Of a stretch of 64,000 nucleotides of DNA, positions 44,322-57,620 are shown piece by piece; position 1 is the first letter of the stretch, and each line of letters begins with the position of its first letter. Under the pieces are notes generated by a model. It saw nothing but the letters and a program-made list of their open reading frames with translations, did no database searches and had not been told where the DNA came from. The position numbers and the translations under genes were made by a program. Source of the stretch: Chrysomallon squamiferum (lineage: Eukaryota; Animalia; Mollusca); the NCBI GenBank assembly GCA_012295275.1, contig CM022676.1, forward strand, positions 12,772,001-12,836,000. The letters are read 5' to 3'.

Positions 44322-46136
44322 GATTCATTTAATCCAACAGACACATGCCAAAATGACATTTTCAAATAATTTGTTGGATTAATTATGCATGCCTATATAA
44401 CAATTTGTTTTACTGATCAAAACAAACATTTTAAATGTATGAGGAACATAATCTTAAAACAGGTAGTTACAAAAGAATTAAACCATTACCACAAATTTGT
44501 CTTTAAAATGCATGTTCTGATTTTTTGTTTATTAGTGTAAATATTTGAAATAAACATATTCATGTTTGATTCATTAAGATCTAACAGTTATGAAATGGAA
44601 ACAAATATAAGCAATTGCCACTTAAATGAACAGTAATGTATAAAATGATATAACACAGACTGCATTTAGTAAACAAACAAAACGGTATGCAAAAGTTAAT
44701 GGAATGTTTTACAATGATTTGAATAACTGATTAGCAATATTCACAGATAAACAAATTTTTAGATAAACTGTCAAAATGAATAATGTACATTTGACAATCT
44801 CTAATACAAATGCACACACTTACTAAAAGACAGTTTCACACAGCAAAACAATATACACTTTAAATTATCATGTTTTATAATATAATGAATATTGTTTTTG
44901 GAGGTTACTGATTGTCTAAAACATACCTATAGTATAACAAAGTTCTAACAGCTTTACAGAAGTTTGATGTTTTTAAGTTTTTTTAATTAACATCAACACA
45001 TTGGTTTTTAGATTCATTATCAATAGTAATAAATGATGTAATTTTATTCAAATTATTCATGCTATCAGTTTCCATTTATCCAAAAATAATGGGTATTCCA
45101 ACATATCAAATGCATACTTTTATCATCTTTAGAAAATAGACACACACAGACACACACAAACACACACACTTATTAAATGTCAATTAAAAATGAAAATATT
45201 ATTAACAAAAAAATATATATTTCTAAGTTATAGAAACATTTATATTTAGCTGGAATAAATAAAACACTTATACAGTTGAAATTCTGTTACACTTCCAATT
45301 ACATGGACCACAGAAAACACTGTTAGATAGACATCAATACACTGTATAAATAAAACTGTAAAAAAATATAAATGTTCAAAAATAAGCACTTTTATATTTT
45401 ACTTTTACAAAATCATACAATGAAACTAAATTAATCAACAAAATTAGTCATTTGTATATTAATCACTATAACACTTGACATGCTTACTGAATCAGCATTA
45501 GAGATACATAAGTAAGGCTAACACAGTAGGGTCTCTGTGTATAAAAAATACTAGAAAAACTTTTGCAACTGAAAGACAATGGATATAATAATCAAACTCA
45601 CTTTTACAGCTTTTCTATTTTAAATGAAAACAAAAATTCTGACACATAGCATAACTTATTTTAACACAGATAACTGGATTTCGTTAAAAGGTATATTTTC
45701 CACACACTTAACATCTGGTAGGTTTTTTAATGTCTTGGGAAAGTGGATACATTACTTTATTAGCACAAAACATCTACATCACATTATGTAACTCTTGGAA
45801 AAACATTTTCAGAATGATTAGTGAATCACATTTTTCTAAAATTCTAACTAAATGAATCATGTGTATATTTGTATCAAAAACTTCTTTTCAAACACATTGC
45901 ATATGTAATGAAAACCATTTAAAGACGTGTACACTGCATAGTACAAAATAATAACTACTCTTTAAAATAAATGTAAAAGATCAAATATATTTGCATTTAA
46001 AGTAAATATATAGTACAAATTTATAAAATTTAGTGTATAAAAAAAATATATTTACTTACATATATTTCTGGAATGCAATTTGTTTGTTAGTAAAAAATAA
46101 ACAGTTTCCTAACATAACTCATTAAGTAGAAAAAAG

Positions 46137-46324
46137 TTATTTTTCACTCTTAGGTTCTGTTTGTTTGTCATCTTCATCAGGAAGTGGTTCTGCTTTCTTG
46201 TTCCAGTCAATGGAGACGTACTCCACTTTGTCCTGTGTTTTGTGAACTTGTTTACTTGGTTGTGTGTTAGAGAAATCTATACCAACATACAGCAGCCCAT
46301 CTTCATCTCGTCCACACTTTGCTC
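46137..46324 (-). CDS. Large Ig receptor, terminal exon with two ITIM-consensus motifs (LLYVGI, VEYVSI)
   Basis: tttcag acceptor, phase 1. GAKCGRDEDGLLYVGIDF...KVEYVSIDWNKK...EK*. Confidence 0.8.
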
Positions 46325-46884
46325 CTGAAACAAACAAAAAACACATAACTACTTAATATGAAACCCCGTCCCTGAAGAAATTTCTTTGAATTATAAGCCT
46401 ACAGTCAGATCTCTTCATAACTTTCCTCTTTATAGCATTTCCTCCTTTATCACCTCAAAAATGGCTAAGCACTGACTGTCTGTATTTAATTACACAAATG
46501 ATTAACTTTTTAAAATACACACACATGTAACATTTTTTTTTTAAAACACACACAAACCTAATTTTTTTAAAGTATAATTTTTGTTTTAAATTAATTTTTT
46601 TTTTTTCTGAAAAAATACAAAATTAACTCTTTTTATTTAATACACACAAATTTAACTTTTTTAAAAACACTAATTTATCTATTTATTAAATAAATACAAT
46701 TTAACATTATCCAAATTCACACAAATTCAGAGCAAATATTTATACATTTCTTTAAGAAAAATCAAGGCAATGTTAATAAAGAGATTTGATTGTCAATGTG
46801 TCTCAACACTGGAATACATTGATTTTTGGACAGGTTTTGTTTCTAATTTTTCTTCTTTTTTTCTCTCACATTATAAAGAGACTG

Positions 46885-46927
<43 letters not shown>

Positions 46928-47249
46928 ACTTTAAATAAATTAAATCTTTTGGGATACCATTTATTTTATCTGTTTTCATTTTCTTTGCCATCAATTTCAA
47001 TATTTGGAACCAATCGCAAATATCAATGGCCTCAAAAGTTTTGTAAGATCTTGTTAGATCTGTTTTACTGGACATAATATTGGTAAAACTATTCTTTATT
47101 TACCATGGATTCAGGTGTCTATTCTATCATTTTATTTATTTTTTAATTTAAAACAATATATACATATATATATATATATAATTTTTTTTTTTATTTGTTT
47201 CTATACATATTTAAATAAATAAATGGTGTGCATAAATGTGATTTATTAC

Positions 47250-47343
47250 CTGGATATCCTGACCTGTAGCACCTCTCCTTCAAACACTGCATTGGCATAT
47301 GTAACATCATCCCTTACAGCATCAACATTTTCATAAACATCTC
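47250..47343 (-). CDS. Large Ig receptor, cytoplasmic exon (DVYENV, VTYANA); donor position uncertain
   Basis: tgtgtag acceptor, phase 1. The available donors are phase 0 or 2 and do not match the next exon. Confidence 0.6.
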
Positions 47344-47853
47344 CTACACAAAAGTAACATTTTAGTGAGCCAAATGGAATATGATCACTGATAAATTGAT
47401 AAATGTATTGATAAATTCAAATAACTATTTTTGAATCAGACAGTTCCCTGTTCATACCATGTTTTTATCATCAGAAATTACTATAATTATCATCAGTAAA
47501 ACTACTGAAATTAAGAGTTTCTAAGTAACTGTGTGTCATGTCATGAAATAAGTAGTAATATTAAAATATTTGTTTAAAGCCTTAAGCAATTTTCAAAATA
47601 CATTTTCAAAATAAACAACCAATAGTAATAATACTACTAATAATATTAACAACAATGGAATACTAACATGACATAAAGAATTAAATAATTTTATATCTTT
47701 TTCTTTCCATAAGGATTACTATATAAATATTTTCTGCATGATATTATAAATACACACACACACACATATGCAGACACACACAAACAAACACACACACACA
47801 CAATTTCATGCACACATAAACATTTCTTAAAATATAAATTATCTGAATGAAAC

Positions 47854-47886
47854 CTTTCTGTGCTTGCTTCACTTTCTTTTCAGCAC
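47854..47886 (-). CDS. Large Ig receptor, 33-nt micro-exon (GAEKKVKQAQK)
   Basis: ttctgtag acceptor, G|gtttca donor, phase 1-1. Confidence 0.6.
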
Positions 47887-48179
47887 CTACAGAAATAATA
47901 ATAACAACAACATCAACAACAACAACAACAGTAAAAGTATATCTAGAATATTAAATTAAATGGAATTTTTGCTTAACAAAACATATTACATATTACTTAA
48001 TTATTATTTAACCCAGAAGAATGACTCTTTGAATGATAATTTGTAACAGTCTGGAAAGTTTCTCAAAAGTAATTTTTTGGTTTTAGAAAATGAAAATTGC
48101 ATTTGCCATATTTGGTCTAAGTGTATAATAATACAGTATATATATTTTTTTCTTTTAACAAATAAAGATGTACAGTTAA

Positions 48180-48850
48180 AAAGATAGTGGAATTCATCAC
48201 CAGTATCAGAATAACATAAATGACATTCTGACTTCTCATTTAATACTAAACCATCTACCAGTTTGATGTTACTGGTTCTAAACCTACATAATGTTGTAGC
48301 ATCCTTTTGTTGGCAACTTTAACAGATAATGTTCTAATTTAAATTCATCTTTAAACATTCTGTAATTAATTACTTTAGATCACTCAAGTTAATCAGGATG
48401 TTTTAGCCACAAAACATCCACTTGGACACATGAATATGTGTTACATAAACCACATTCATCTAGTATAGCTTTCATAGAAGATAACCAAGGACTTAATACA
48501 GCATTTATACTATGGTTATACGATAACAACATGAATAGTACACCTGACAATTTATACTCTTTACAGTTAACAACCTTTGTCCAAAATGTAATCATTCTTA
48601 CTTTAACACTTATAACATTGGGTATCTTCCTAATTCACCACAAATCATAGAGCTTGTTAACTCATAATATATATTTGCAAAACTTGAGATGAAGTCTTGA
48701 ATTATATCTAAATTACTAAAAGGTGTAGTTGATGTTGTAAATCATCTGCTGTTTCTACTAACAGTACAGTATCATCAGCAAATAAAAATACAAATAATTT
48801 ATGATATACATTAATATGTTTGCAAGAAAACCTGTTATTGAGTGTATCTA
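48180..48850 (-). mobile_element. Degenerate non-LTR retrotransposon (LINE) ORF2 fragment
   Basis: KLFVFLFADDTVLLVETADDLQ (RT catalytic motif) at about 48735-48800, followed by a post-RT segment (MITFW...KLS...W...ILDECGL). Confidence 0.75.
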
Positions 48851-49939
48851 TACTGATCTTGTTGTATTAGTCTCTAATTAGATTATGTAATACCACTTGG
48901 CAGCGATGTATCCCTGACACAGAAGGTGTTGTTGATCAAGATAGTTATCGTCTGTTTATTAAACATACTTTGTTTTTAGTTGCTTAATACATAGTCACCT
49001 GGCTTTTCCACTCTTTGGCATAAGCAATGAGATCAATGGACGAATCACAGGGAGACATGTTTGTCCATGAGAAACTTTAAAGTTCAGGCAGGTAACTACA
49101 TTTTTGGCACGTTGTTTAACTCAGATGTGATTGTTGTGACAAGTAATATTATTTTTATTATGGTATTATTCAATTATTTTAGAGGGTGTATGGGTTTCTA
49201 TCTGTGCCAAAGTAACTAATCTCAAGTCAGTTGCTACTACCTGGGTAGGTTCCCTGTGAAGGATGACATGATATCAGAAGTTACAAAGACCTATTTGATA
49301 TCACTTATTAAAAGATACTGTAAATTACTTCATTACATAACCCTACTTATTCAATTTACAAACCTTTTTCTTTCTTTTTCTTTTCTTTTTCCTTTTTCTT
49401 TAACTTTAAATCTTGTTTTTCCTTCTTTTTTTTCTCATTGGCAGATTCTGTTTGGCCTTTTTTACCTGTAATTTGTGGGAGAAGTAGCATTAACTGATAA
49501 AACAGTTATCTATTTTTCTTATTTGACAATTAAGAGATTAAACAAAGAAAGGCATATTTTTTATTAATGATGCAGTCAACAAATTTTATCTGTGAAACTA
49601 ATAATTATGGTTATGGACTGCAGAAGATAAAAAAATAAAAAAATAAAAAATACAGCATGTTATGATGACCTAATAAATATTTAACATAAAGTGTGTGGAG
49701 ATATTTATACTCAAAAATCTTTACAAATTTCAATTAATTTGGGTCCCTATATAATTTCATGGTTTACTAAACAATGACTAATTGATGGCATTTAGCAAAG
49801 TCAGTCAGGACATCACCGGATGTCAACACATTTAGAACATCTAAGAAAATGTAGAGTTCAACATTAATAATACGCCTAAAGTCCCAAACAGCCCTTCAGG
49901 TTATTTACTATTATGTGTTTTTAATGTTGTTTTTATTAC

Positions 49940-50071
49940 CTTGTTTATTCTGATTAGCTGTAGACTCACCAGTCTTTGTTTTCTTTACAACAGAATATTG
50001 ACTTTCAGGATTTTCAACTATTAACCCAGAACTTGCACTTGGCTGAGGATCAATTTGACTTGAATCATTTC
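49940..50071 (-). CDS. Large Ig receptor, cytoplasmic exon with ITIM-consensus SQYSVV
   Basis: ataacag acceptor. Two in-frame phase-1 donors: 49970 (G|gtgagt) and 49940 (G|gtaata). Confidence 0.7.
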
Positions 50072-50447
50072 CTGTTATAATAAATACAACATATTAAACA
50101 AATGTCACTCAATTAAATATAAAAATGTCAGCAACATCAGACACTGGATTCTTTGAGCAAAGTATATTATAAATATGAAATATCTAATTTCTGAAAATAT
50201 GTAATTCTTTAAACCAATAAAAGCTAAATTATTAGTATTATTATAAGTATTGTTTCATTGTGTATTGATATTTGTTCGTTTCTCTCTTTCTTTAAAAAAC
50301 TGAAATGAACAATGTGTGATAGTAAATCATAATTTTTGTACCAAATGTTGTAACAGTTAAAACAAAAAGACAAATATTCACTGATATTGTTGAGGAAGGA
50401 AATCTTGTATGAGATGTGGTGGTGAGTTGGTATCCTTTATTATAACA

Positions 50448-50498
<51 letters not shown>

Positions 50499-50907
50499 GT
50501 TATTATTGTTGTTGTTGTTTTTGTGTTACATCTTAAAATTACTAAAATAATACACCAGACGTCAAAATTAGACTGGAAAATACAGCAGAAATAGATAACT
50601 GATAGTTGATGGATGGATAGATAATGATGGGTAGACATTAAAATTCACTCTTTTTTAAGAGTTAAACAAAGAGGAAATCATATTCATTATCATATTTCAA
50701 CTTATTTGTATACAGCATTGTTTTAATATGAATATGGCTGAAAGTAAATGTACATATTTTTAACAGTAACAATAATTGATGAGCTGTATATACAGTAAGA
50801 AAACAATTTTGACTTTTATATTATTATATACTCTCAGAAAAAATATTTATTTTACTTTTATTTTATTTTATTTTATTTTTTATTTTAATAAATAAACTAA
50901 TACATAC

Positions 50908-50973
50908 CTGATTGTCTTGATTTACTTAAACTGTTATCTTTTGATGTAAAGTACAAATCATTGTCTTCCAACA
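50908..50973 (-). CDS. Large Ig receptor, 66-nt exon VLEDNDLYFTSKDNSLSKSRQS
   Basis: cctccag acceptor, G|gtatgt donor, phase 1-1. Confidence 0.75.
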
Positions 50974-51175
50974 CTGGAGGGGAAACAAAAAAAAAAGAAG
51001 GAATATCAACTATCAAGAAAATAAAACATCATGCCAAAAAAATATAAATAAATAAATAAATAAAATTACTTTATTTGGACATCTAAATATTAATTATTTG
51101 GAATGATCAAAATATTACTGATAAATTCAGAAGAGATGAATTATCTATCAATTATTTCATTATTAATATTATTAC

Positions 51176-51246
51176 ATTTCTTCTTTTCTTTGCTTTTTTA
51201 AACATTTATGTCATCAGACTTGAAATACAAATCATTTCCTCCAACA
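51176..51246 (-). pseudogene. Frameshifted copy of the VLEDNDLY exon
   Basis: tttcag|TGTTGGAGGA-AATGATTTGTATTTC: 1-nt deletion relative to its neighbours. Stops in both frames. Confidence 0.65.
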
Positions 51247-51356
51247 CTGAAACCAAAACAAGATCAATGTTTATTTCTACTGGATTCTTGAGTTAACTAT
51301 ATTTCATATCCTGTTTGGAGTATTTTAGTTTTACATGATATTTTTATGAATCACAC

Positions 51357-51422
51357 CTGGCAATACTTGACTCTTTAATCTGTCATCACGATTCATGTAG
51401 TACAACTCATTGTCTTCTAGAA
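51357..51422 (-). CDS. Large Ig receptor, 66-nt exon VLEDNELYYMNRDDRLKSQVLP
   Basis: ttttag acceptor, G|gtgtga donor, phase 1-1. Confidence 0.75.
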
Positions 51423-51758
51423 CTAAAAGATGAATCAGTTATTTAAGCAATAAATATATTCCATATTAACAGAGCCTGATTACAAAACATCTGAATGCAG
51501 CAATTTTATCCCTTTACAAAGAAAGTTGTGTTGTTCTGATATATGTCACACTGATGGCTGGTATTTTTTTTCTTTATTTTGTATTTATTTATTTTATTTA
51601 TCTTTTTTTTTTCTGACCAAAAAAGAAAAATCTTAAGATCAAATCTGCTTGTCCTTCAGGTGATCACTTCACAACTGCACCGTTTTTATATTTTTCAGGG
51701 TCATTAAATTTGCATATATTAAGAGTTTGTTAATTTCAGTTAAAACAAAACTGATTAC

Positions 51759-51793
51759 CTGGCAATACACATTCTGCATTACTACTTGTTTGC
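51759..51793 (-). CDS. Large Ig receptor, 35-nt micro-exon (QTSSNAECVLP)
   Basis: tttgcag acceptor, G|gtaatc donor, phase 2-1. Complements the 22-nt exon (22+35=57). Conserved in the copy at 40045. Confidence 0.65.
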
Positions 51794-54057
51794 CTGCAAA
51801 GCAAATAAAAATAATATAAACATTACTACAGAGAGAAAAGCTTAATTTTTTCAGGTTTAATTTTATTATTTTTAACTTCAAATAATTTCCACCATAAATT
51901 TTATAAATTAGTTATTATTGCTATTGTTTTGTTGTTTTGAAAGTCATCTAAAATCTTAATGGAGTCACTGTAATATAGACATGACAGCAGCTTCAAGGAT
52001 CAAGTAAAACAAACATTGTACCACTGGAAAGGAAACTGGCTAATATTTTCCAAAGCATTTTCTGTATAAACATATTTTTAAATCTTTATCATCGTATTAT
52101 AACTATTTTAAAAGTGTAGCCAAGGCTACAACATGCAGAAAACCTAAAGCAATATTTTTATTCTTTTTTTATTCTTTTTTTGTTTTTAATTACTTTATTT
52201 TTTTAATTATTTTTATTATGTATTTATTTTTATTGATTATTATTATCTTGTAATTTTTTAATCTGTTGGTTGCTTTTTTAAGTCGAATTAAAGCATGGGA
52301 TATCAGAAGATGGCTTCAAATGAAGGATGTAAAATTAGTAAAATACAAGCAAACAAAAGAATCTTCAAATGTGTTGAATGGTTCCAGTGACATTATGATA
52401 AATTGTAAGAAAAAGGAAAGCTTACTTTACTTAAAGTCAATAATTTTCATTAAAAAGTTTCATGCTTCAATTGGAATTTATTTTTGAAAAAACATTCTAA
52501 ATAATTAACACCTTGAATTTTTTTACACAGACTCCATGTAAATGATATATTTAATTAATAAGGATTTTCTACAGAGACATTTATTAAATTTTATTAATGA
52601 AAATGGCAAATCATAAATTATAAAATAATATGGATATTTAACAAAAACATGTGCAAACAATGTCATATAAATTATGCTATGTTGCTTACATTCCAACATT
52701 ATTTTTTTTTTTTTCCCATAGCATATAAATTGGACAATATCACACAATAGAATATAAATAAAGAAAGAATGTTTTAAAAAATCAATTTTTATACAATATA
52801 TGCAAACTAATTATCTGCAGCTTTATACAACTGTGAAGATATTAAAAATATTAGTTACTGTTTTTATAATCATTATACCTTGCAATATATTCTAAACAAC
52901 TAATAGTTTTTAGTAAATGTATGAAAATATTACTTTACAAGTATTTTTTCACATACATGAAAGATTTTTTTAAATTTCTATCTATACATATATATGACTT
53001 TAGAATCTTGAAAAAATAAAAGCATGCAAATATATATCAGTTCAATACTAATCATGCATGTGCTATATCATAGGAAGCATACAACAGCATATGAATGTAG
53101 ATTCCATTTCTCTTGTCATTTATACATACATCACTCTTTAGTCACTGCACTTATTATAATTTTGTGAAATCCATTAGAAAATAATCATGGATCACTTTAA
53201 CAATAATTATGGATTTTGTGTTAATACCAATATATGTCCAGGATTTCTGTCCATTGGAAATGCATATGTGTATTATTTTGTGTTCTTAATCTATCCTACA
53301 TGACAGCACAAAATAAGACTGCCTTGAGTTGAACAGGATTAGTATCCAAATGTCACAAACAAAAATAAAACTGTAAAACAATAAATCAAAAATGTTTTAT
53401 AATTACCATTAATAATCCACAAAGAAACAGAAAGTTATTATTTTTAAAAAAAACCCATTCCTTTCTATAAAAATTAAAAAACATGATACTTAAATGTAAA
53501 TTCCAGATAAAAAAAAAGACAAATTTGTCTATGACACATATAGTTGTCAAACAGAGATAAAACATAATAAAATGTGTTGTGATGAAAATGTCTGCTTATT
53601 CTCTTCACGAGGTGGGCACAAAAGCAGACTTGACTATTTCTTTACACTAATTTCTTAGGGTTGGGAATGTTCTGTAATCTTTGTGTAATTTTTATGATAT
53701 GTTATTTGTTATTTTATAAGAAAGACAAAATTTTATTCTGTAAAGATTGCTAAGCTTTTACAGATGTCTCATTATTTTATTAAGTTTGACTATTCAAATA
53801 AATATAGCATGCAGGATTTTATTTCAAATTATCATAATATTAATGTTACAAATGGTATTGAGGGCTGACTGAAACATATTTCTTAATTTCAATTTGTAAA
53901 TACAATTTCTCAGTTTTCATTTCCTAAGTTTTATATTTTGTTTAGATCTAGGATCTGTTCAGTTTCTAAATGAATACTTAGGCCAAATTCAGGTTATCTG
54001 TTTATGTCACATAATCTGCATGTATATTTTTCATAATGGGTTACCCAAGCATAGTTA

Positions 54058-56643
54058 CCGTATATACTTGTGTACAAGGCGACCTTATGTATAAGTCGAT
54101 GTGTATTTTAAGACCACAAATTGCGTCATTTTAGGTATTACTTGTGTATAAGTCGACTGTAGATTCCAGGCACCGTCACTATTTTTAGACCAGTGTGACA
54201 GTGCCATGAAGGCCTACATTGTACGCCTACTGTAACATAACTTGCACGAGCTGTAACTTGCACGAACATACCATAATAACGTAAATGCATGTATTACACG
54301 AGCTATAGCCTAAATGTATCATAAATAGTATCTCTTTAATGTAATAGGTCTAACATGGAGACCTAACTTACCGTTATATTTAGCCGTTCTATGATTTACA
54401 AACTTTTATGGCCATAGCCCTAAAATATTGTATATGATGCCAGGCAAACGAAATAAATATACTGCACAATTTAAGCTTGCAGTAATTAGATTTGCTGAAA
54501 ATTCTAACAATTCTGCTGCTGGACGGGAGTATGGAGTCAGTGAAAAACTTGTTAAGGACTGGAGAAAAATGATTACTAAATTACTTGAAATGCCAAAAGT
54601 GAAGTGTGCTGACAGAAGCAAAAAGTCAAAACATCCGGAAATAGAAAAGACACTTTTGAGTCGGTTCAAGCAAGTAGACAAGACGGCTGTATAGTTACAA
54701 GGGGTGCTATCCGTTTACAAGCACTTAAGTTAGCTAAGAAGGCAGGAATTACGGATTTTAAAGCCAGTCCTGGTTGGTGCACGCTGTTCATGAAAAGGCA
54801 TCATTTAGTCTTAAGACAAAAAACCAAAATCGCCCAGTGCTTACCCAGAGAGCTTGATGATAAAATAACAAGTTTTCACAGATTTGTTATCCGTCACAGA
54901 GAGAAAAACAAGTATGCTTTGGCATGTATTGGCAACATGGATGAAACGCCAATGACGTTTGACATGCCATCGAATAGAACTGTTAACAAGATCGGAGAAA
55001 AAACCGTGCTAGTGAAAACGACAGGCCATGAAAAGTCAAAAATCACCGTTATTTTAGGCTGTATGGCAGACGGAACAAAGTTTAAACCTATGGTAGTTTT
55101 CAAGCGCAAAACTATGCCAAAAGAAAAATTTCCAAAGGGCGTATTAATACACGTACATCCAAAAGGGTGGTTGGATGCGGCCGGATGCAAGCTCTGGGTT
55201 AACCAAGTATGGAGCAATCATTCAGATGGATTACGAAAAGAAAAGTCTTTGTTAGCATGGGACATGTTCAAAGCACACCTGGTAGATTCTGTAAAAGATT
55301 TGGCAGTCACCCCTGGGGGCCTGACAAGCATTTTACAACCTTTGGATGTCTCAATAAATGAGCCGTTTAAAGACACTGTTCGGCATTTTTGGAATCAGTG
55401 GATGCTAAAAGGGAAAAGACGTTCACAAAAGGGGGCAATATGAGAGCACCATCACTAGTTACAGTGTGTGAGTGGGTACGTGACGCCTGGCAGCAGTTGG
55501 ACCCGGCTATAATTGTTAAGGCCTTTCTGAAGTGTGGAATTTCAAATGCACTAGATGGGACGGAGGATGACAATTTATGGCGCGAACCCAATGCCCTTGC
55601 TGATTCCGTTCAAGAAAATAGTCCCATAGGAGAGGATTCTGGGAATGATGACCCACTTGACAGTGACGATGATCTTTATGATGATGCAATTAACACTGGC
55701 GGTATTGAAGAGTGGAATGAACTTTTTGGGGCAAGCGATAGTGATGGCGAAAATGACTTTGAAGGCTTTGAATAAACTTTTTGTTACACTAGATTATAGT
55801 ATTACCCGGTAAATGTTGGATGTTTTGGAATTAAAATGTTTGTATTTGTTGCAATGTTTCATAATTACTGGGATATATAGATCAAGGTCTATTTAAAGGT
55901 ACGTGTGGATTTCCAGGCATTAGACGTAATTCAGTATTTAATTAAATTTTGTAGATAAATTCCAAAAGATGTGTTACTTTATTATTTATTACCGATATTT
56001 TACATGAACGTGCAATTCAAAGTAAGATAATTTCGGAACCTCAGCAATATTTTTTTCTATCGAAACTCTGCTACAAAACACGCCCCCGATCGTATTCCTA
56101 GCGCGCTAATTGGCCGAGGCTTCGCGCACTTGGCAACCGACTAGAAAAACAAATATGGCGAGAAGTTGAACTGATTTTTGTTGCAGAACGTTTATCGAAA
56201 TTTAGTTTGTTTTCGATTTGTCGGTAGTGGATATTAATGACGATTGCAATATTATTTCACCAAATTCTTTACAATTACACAAGTGAGTTTTGTTTATGAA
56301 ATTAGGACTGATATTTAGTGCAATTTGGCAGAGAAGTCTGCATTCCTAGATCATTGCAAGACGCCGTACTGACGGGTTTCTCGCTTTAAACGGAAGAATA
56401 TCATGTTTTACATTCATATTTGGTTTCGTTATTTAATTTTTCAAAATTTTTTATACGATAAAATTATATTTTTGAAAAGCTGAAAGACCGCGATTATTTT
56501 AGATGCATTCCGTAGCAAAAAATAGTCAAAATGGCGACTCTTCAGCAACAGCTACAAAAGTATTACCTATGTATAAGTCGACCCCCAAAATATTACCTTA
56601 ATATAGTCTCCCAAAAATTCGACTTATACACAAGTATATACGG
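54058..56643 (+). mobile_element. pogo-superfamily DNA transposon (POGK-like), full length, intronic
   Basis: TIRs CCGTATATACTTGTGTAYAAGKCGA at both ends, TA target duplication, subterminal tgtataagtcga repeats, internal transposase. Confidence 0.93.
54434..55775 (+). pseudogene. Frameshifted pogo transposase (Brinker-type DBD, HTH_Tnp_Tc5, DDE_1, acidic tail)
   Basis: YTAQFKLAVI...WRK; FKASPGW; IGNMDETP; LLAWDMFKAH; PGGLTSILQPLDVSIN; AFLKCGI. Frame breaks near 54660 and 55410. Confidence 0.9.
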
Positions 56644-56994
56644 TAATTAATATGATAATCAATATTAAAAATACATTTGGTATACTGTTCCAATGTATGC
56701 TGCATCAATAAGTAATTAAATTTAACGAATTATGTTCCTAACAAACAAAGAAAGAATTTACAATGGCACATAAATAATGACTATAGAATTACAAATATTT
56801 AAACTATTTATTATAGTTATTTACAGACTGCAACAAAACAAAGTAAAGAGGAACTAACAACAAATTAGGGTGGTGTATTTGTTTTATTTTTACTATCCTC
56901 CTTTTAATAACAATAACAAAAATAATATTAATAATAATTATAATAATAACACTAACAACAACAACAACAATAATGATAATGAAAAGATACTCAC

Positions 56995-57016
56995 AAAGCA
57001 ATGTCAGTATCCTCTC
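56995..57016 (-). CDS. Large Ig receptor, 22-nt juxtamembrane micro-exon (EDTDIAL)
   Basis: gtatttcag acceptor, gtgagt donor, phase 1-2. Confidence 0.6.
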
Positions 57017-57620
57017 CTGAAATACAAAATTAACAGGAATAAAAATATCAGCAATAATACACTTTTTTTTTTCTAAAATTAGTTAAAAGGAAAAAAGAAA
57101 TAAAAAGAGATTTCTCTGTCCACTGGTTCGAGGTTAATAAGCTCAGATTAATAAACAACCAGTAGTTATTCCAAATAATATAATTTTTATTTTATAATTA
57201 TTTTTCTTCATTACACATCAAATACCACTTATTTAAGTAACTGTATTAAATTACTTAAAAGTATATAACCTAATAAAATACATAAAATAAAAACATGATT
57301 AGATATGAACACTATTGTTTGTAGGGCTTTATAATAAAAGAAGTATGCTAAAACATTATTATTCTTAACCTTTTCAAAATCTAGATGATATCACTATTTG
57401 AAAAAATTAATCACATAAAAACACACAAAAGTTATACTAAAGCAATGCCAACATACAAGACATGTAATGACAAAGGGCAAGTCAGAAGTCAGTGATTTCA
57501 ACATAATAACACAAGTTCACAATAAAGTGATGTTTTGTTTATTAGATTTAAGTTCTCAGATAATGAATATAATTAATTCATTTTTTTAAATTGTCCTGTT
57601 TACAAGCTGTATAATTATAC

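Noticed and set aside
44056-44365. ORFs spanning the N-run
   Set aside because: Artefacts of the gap.
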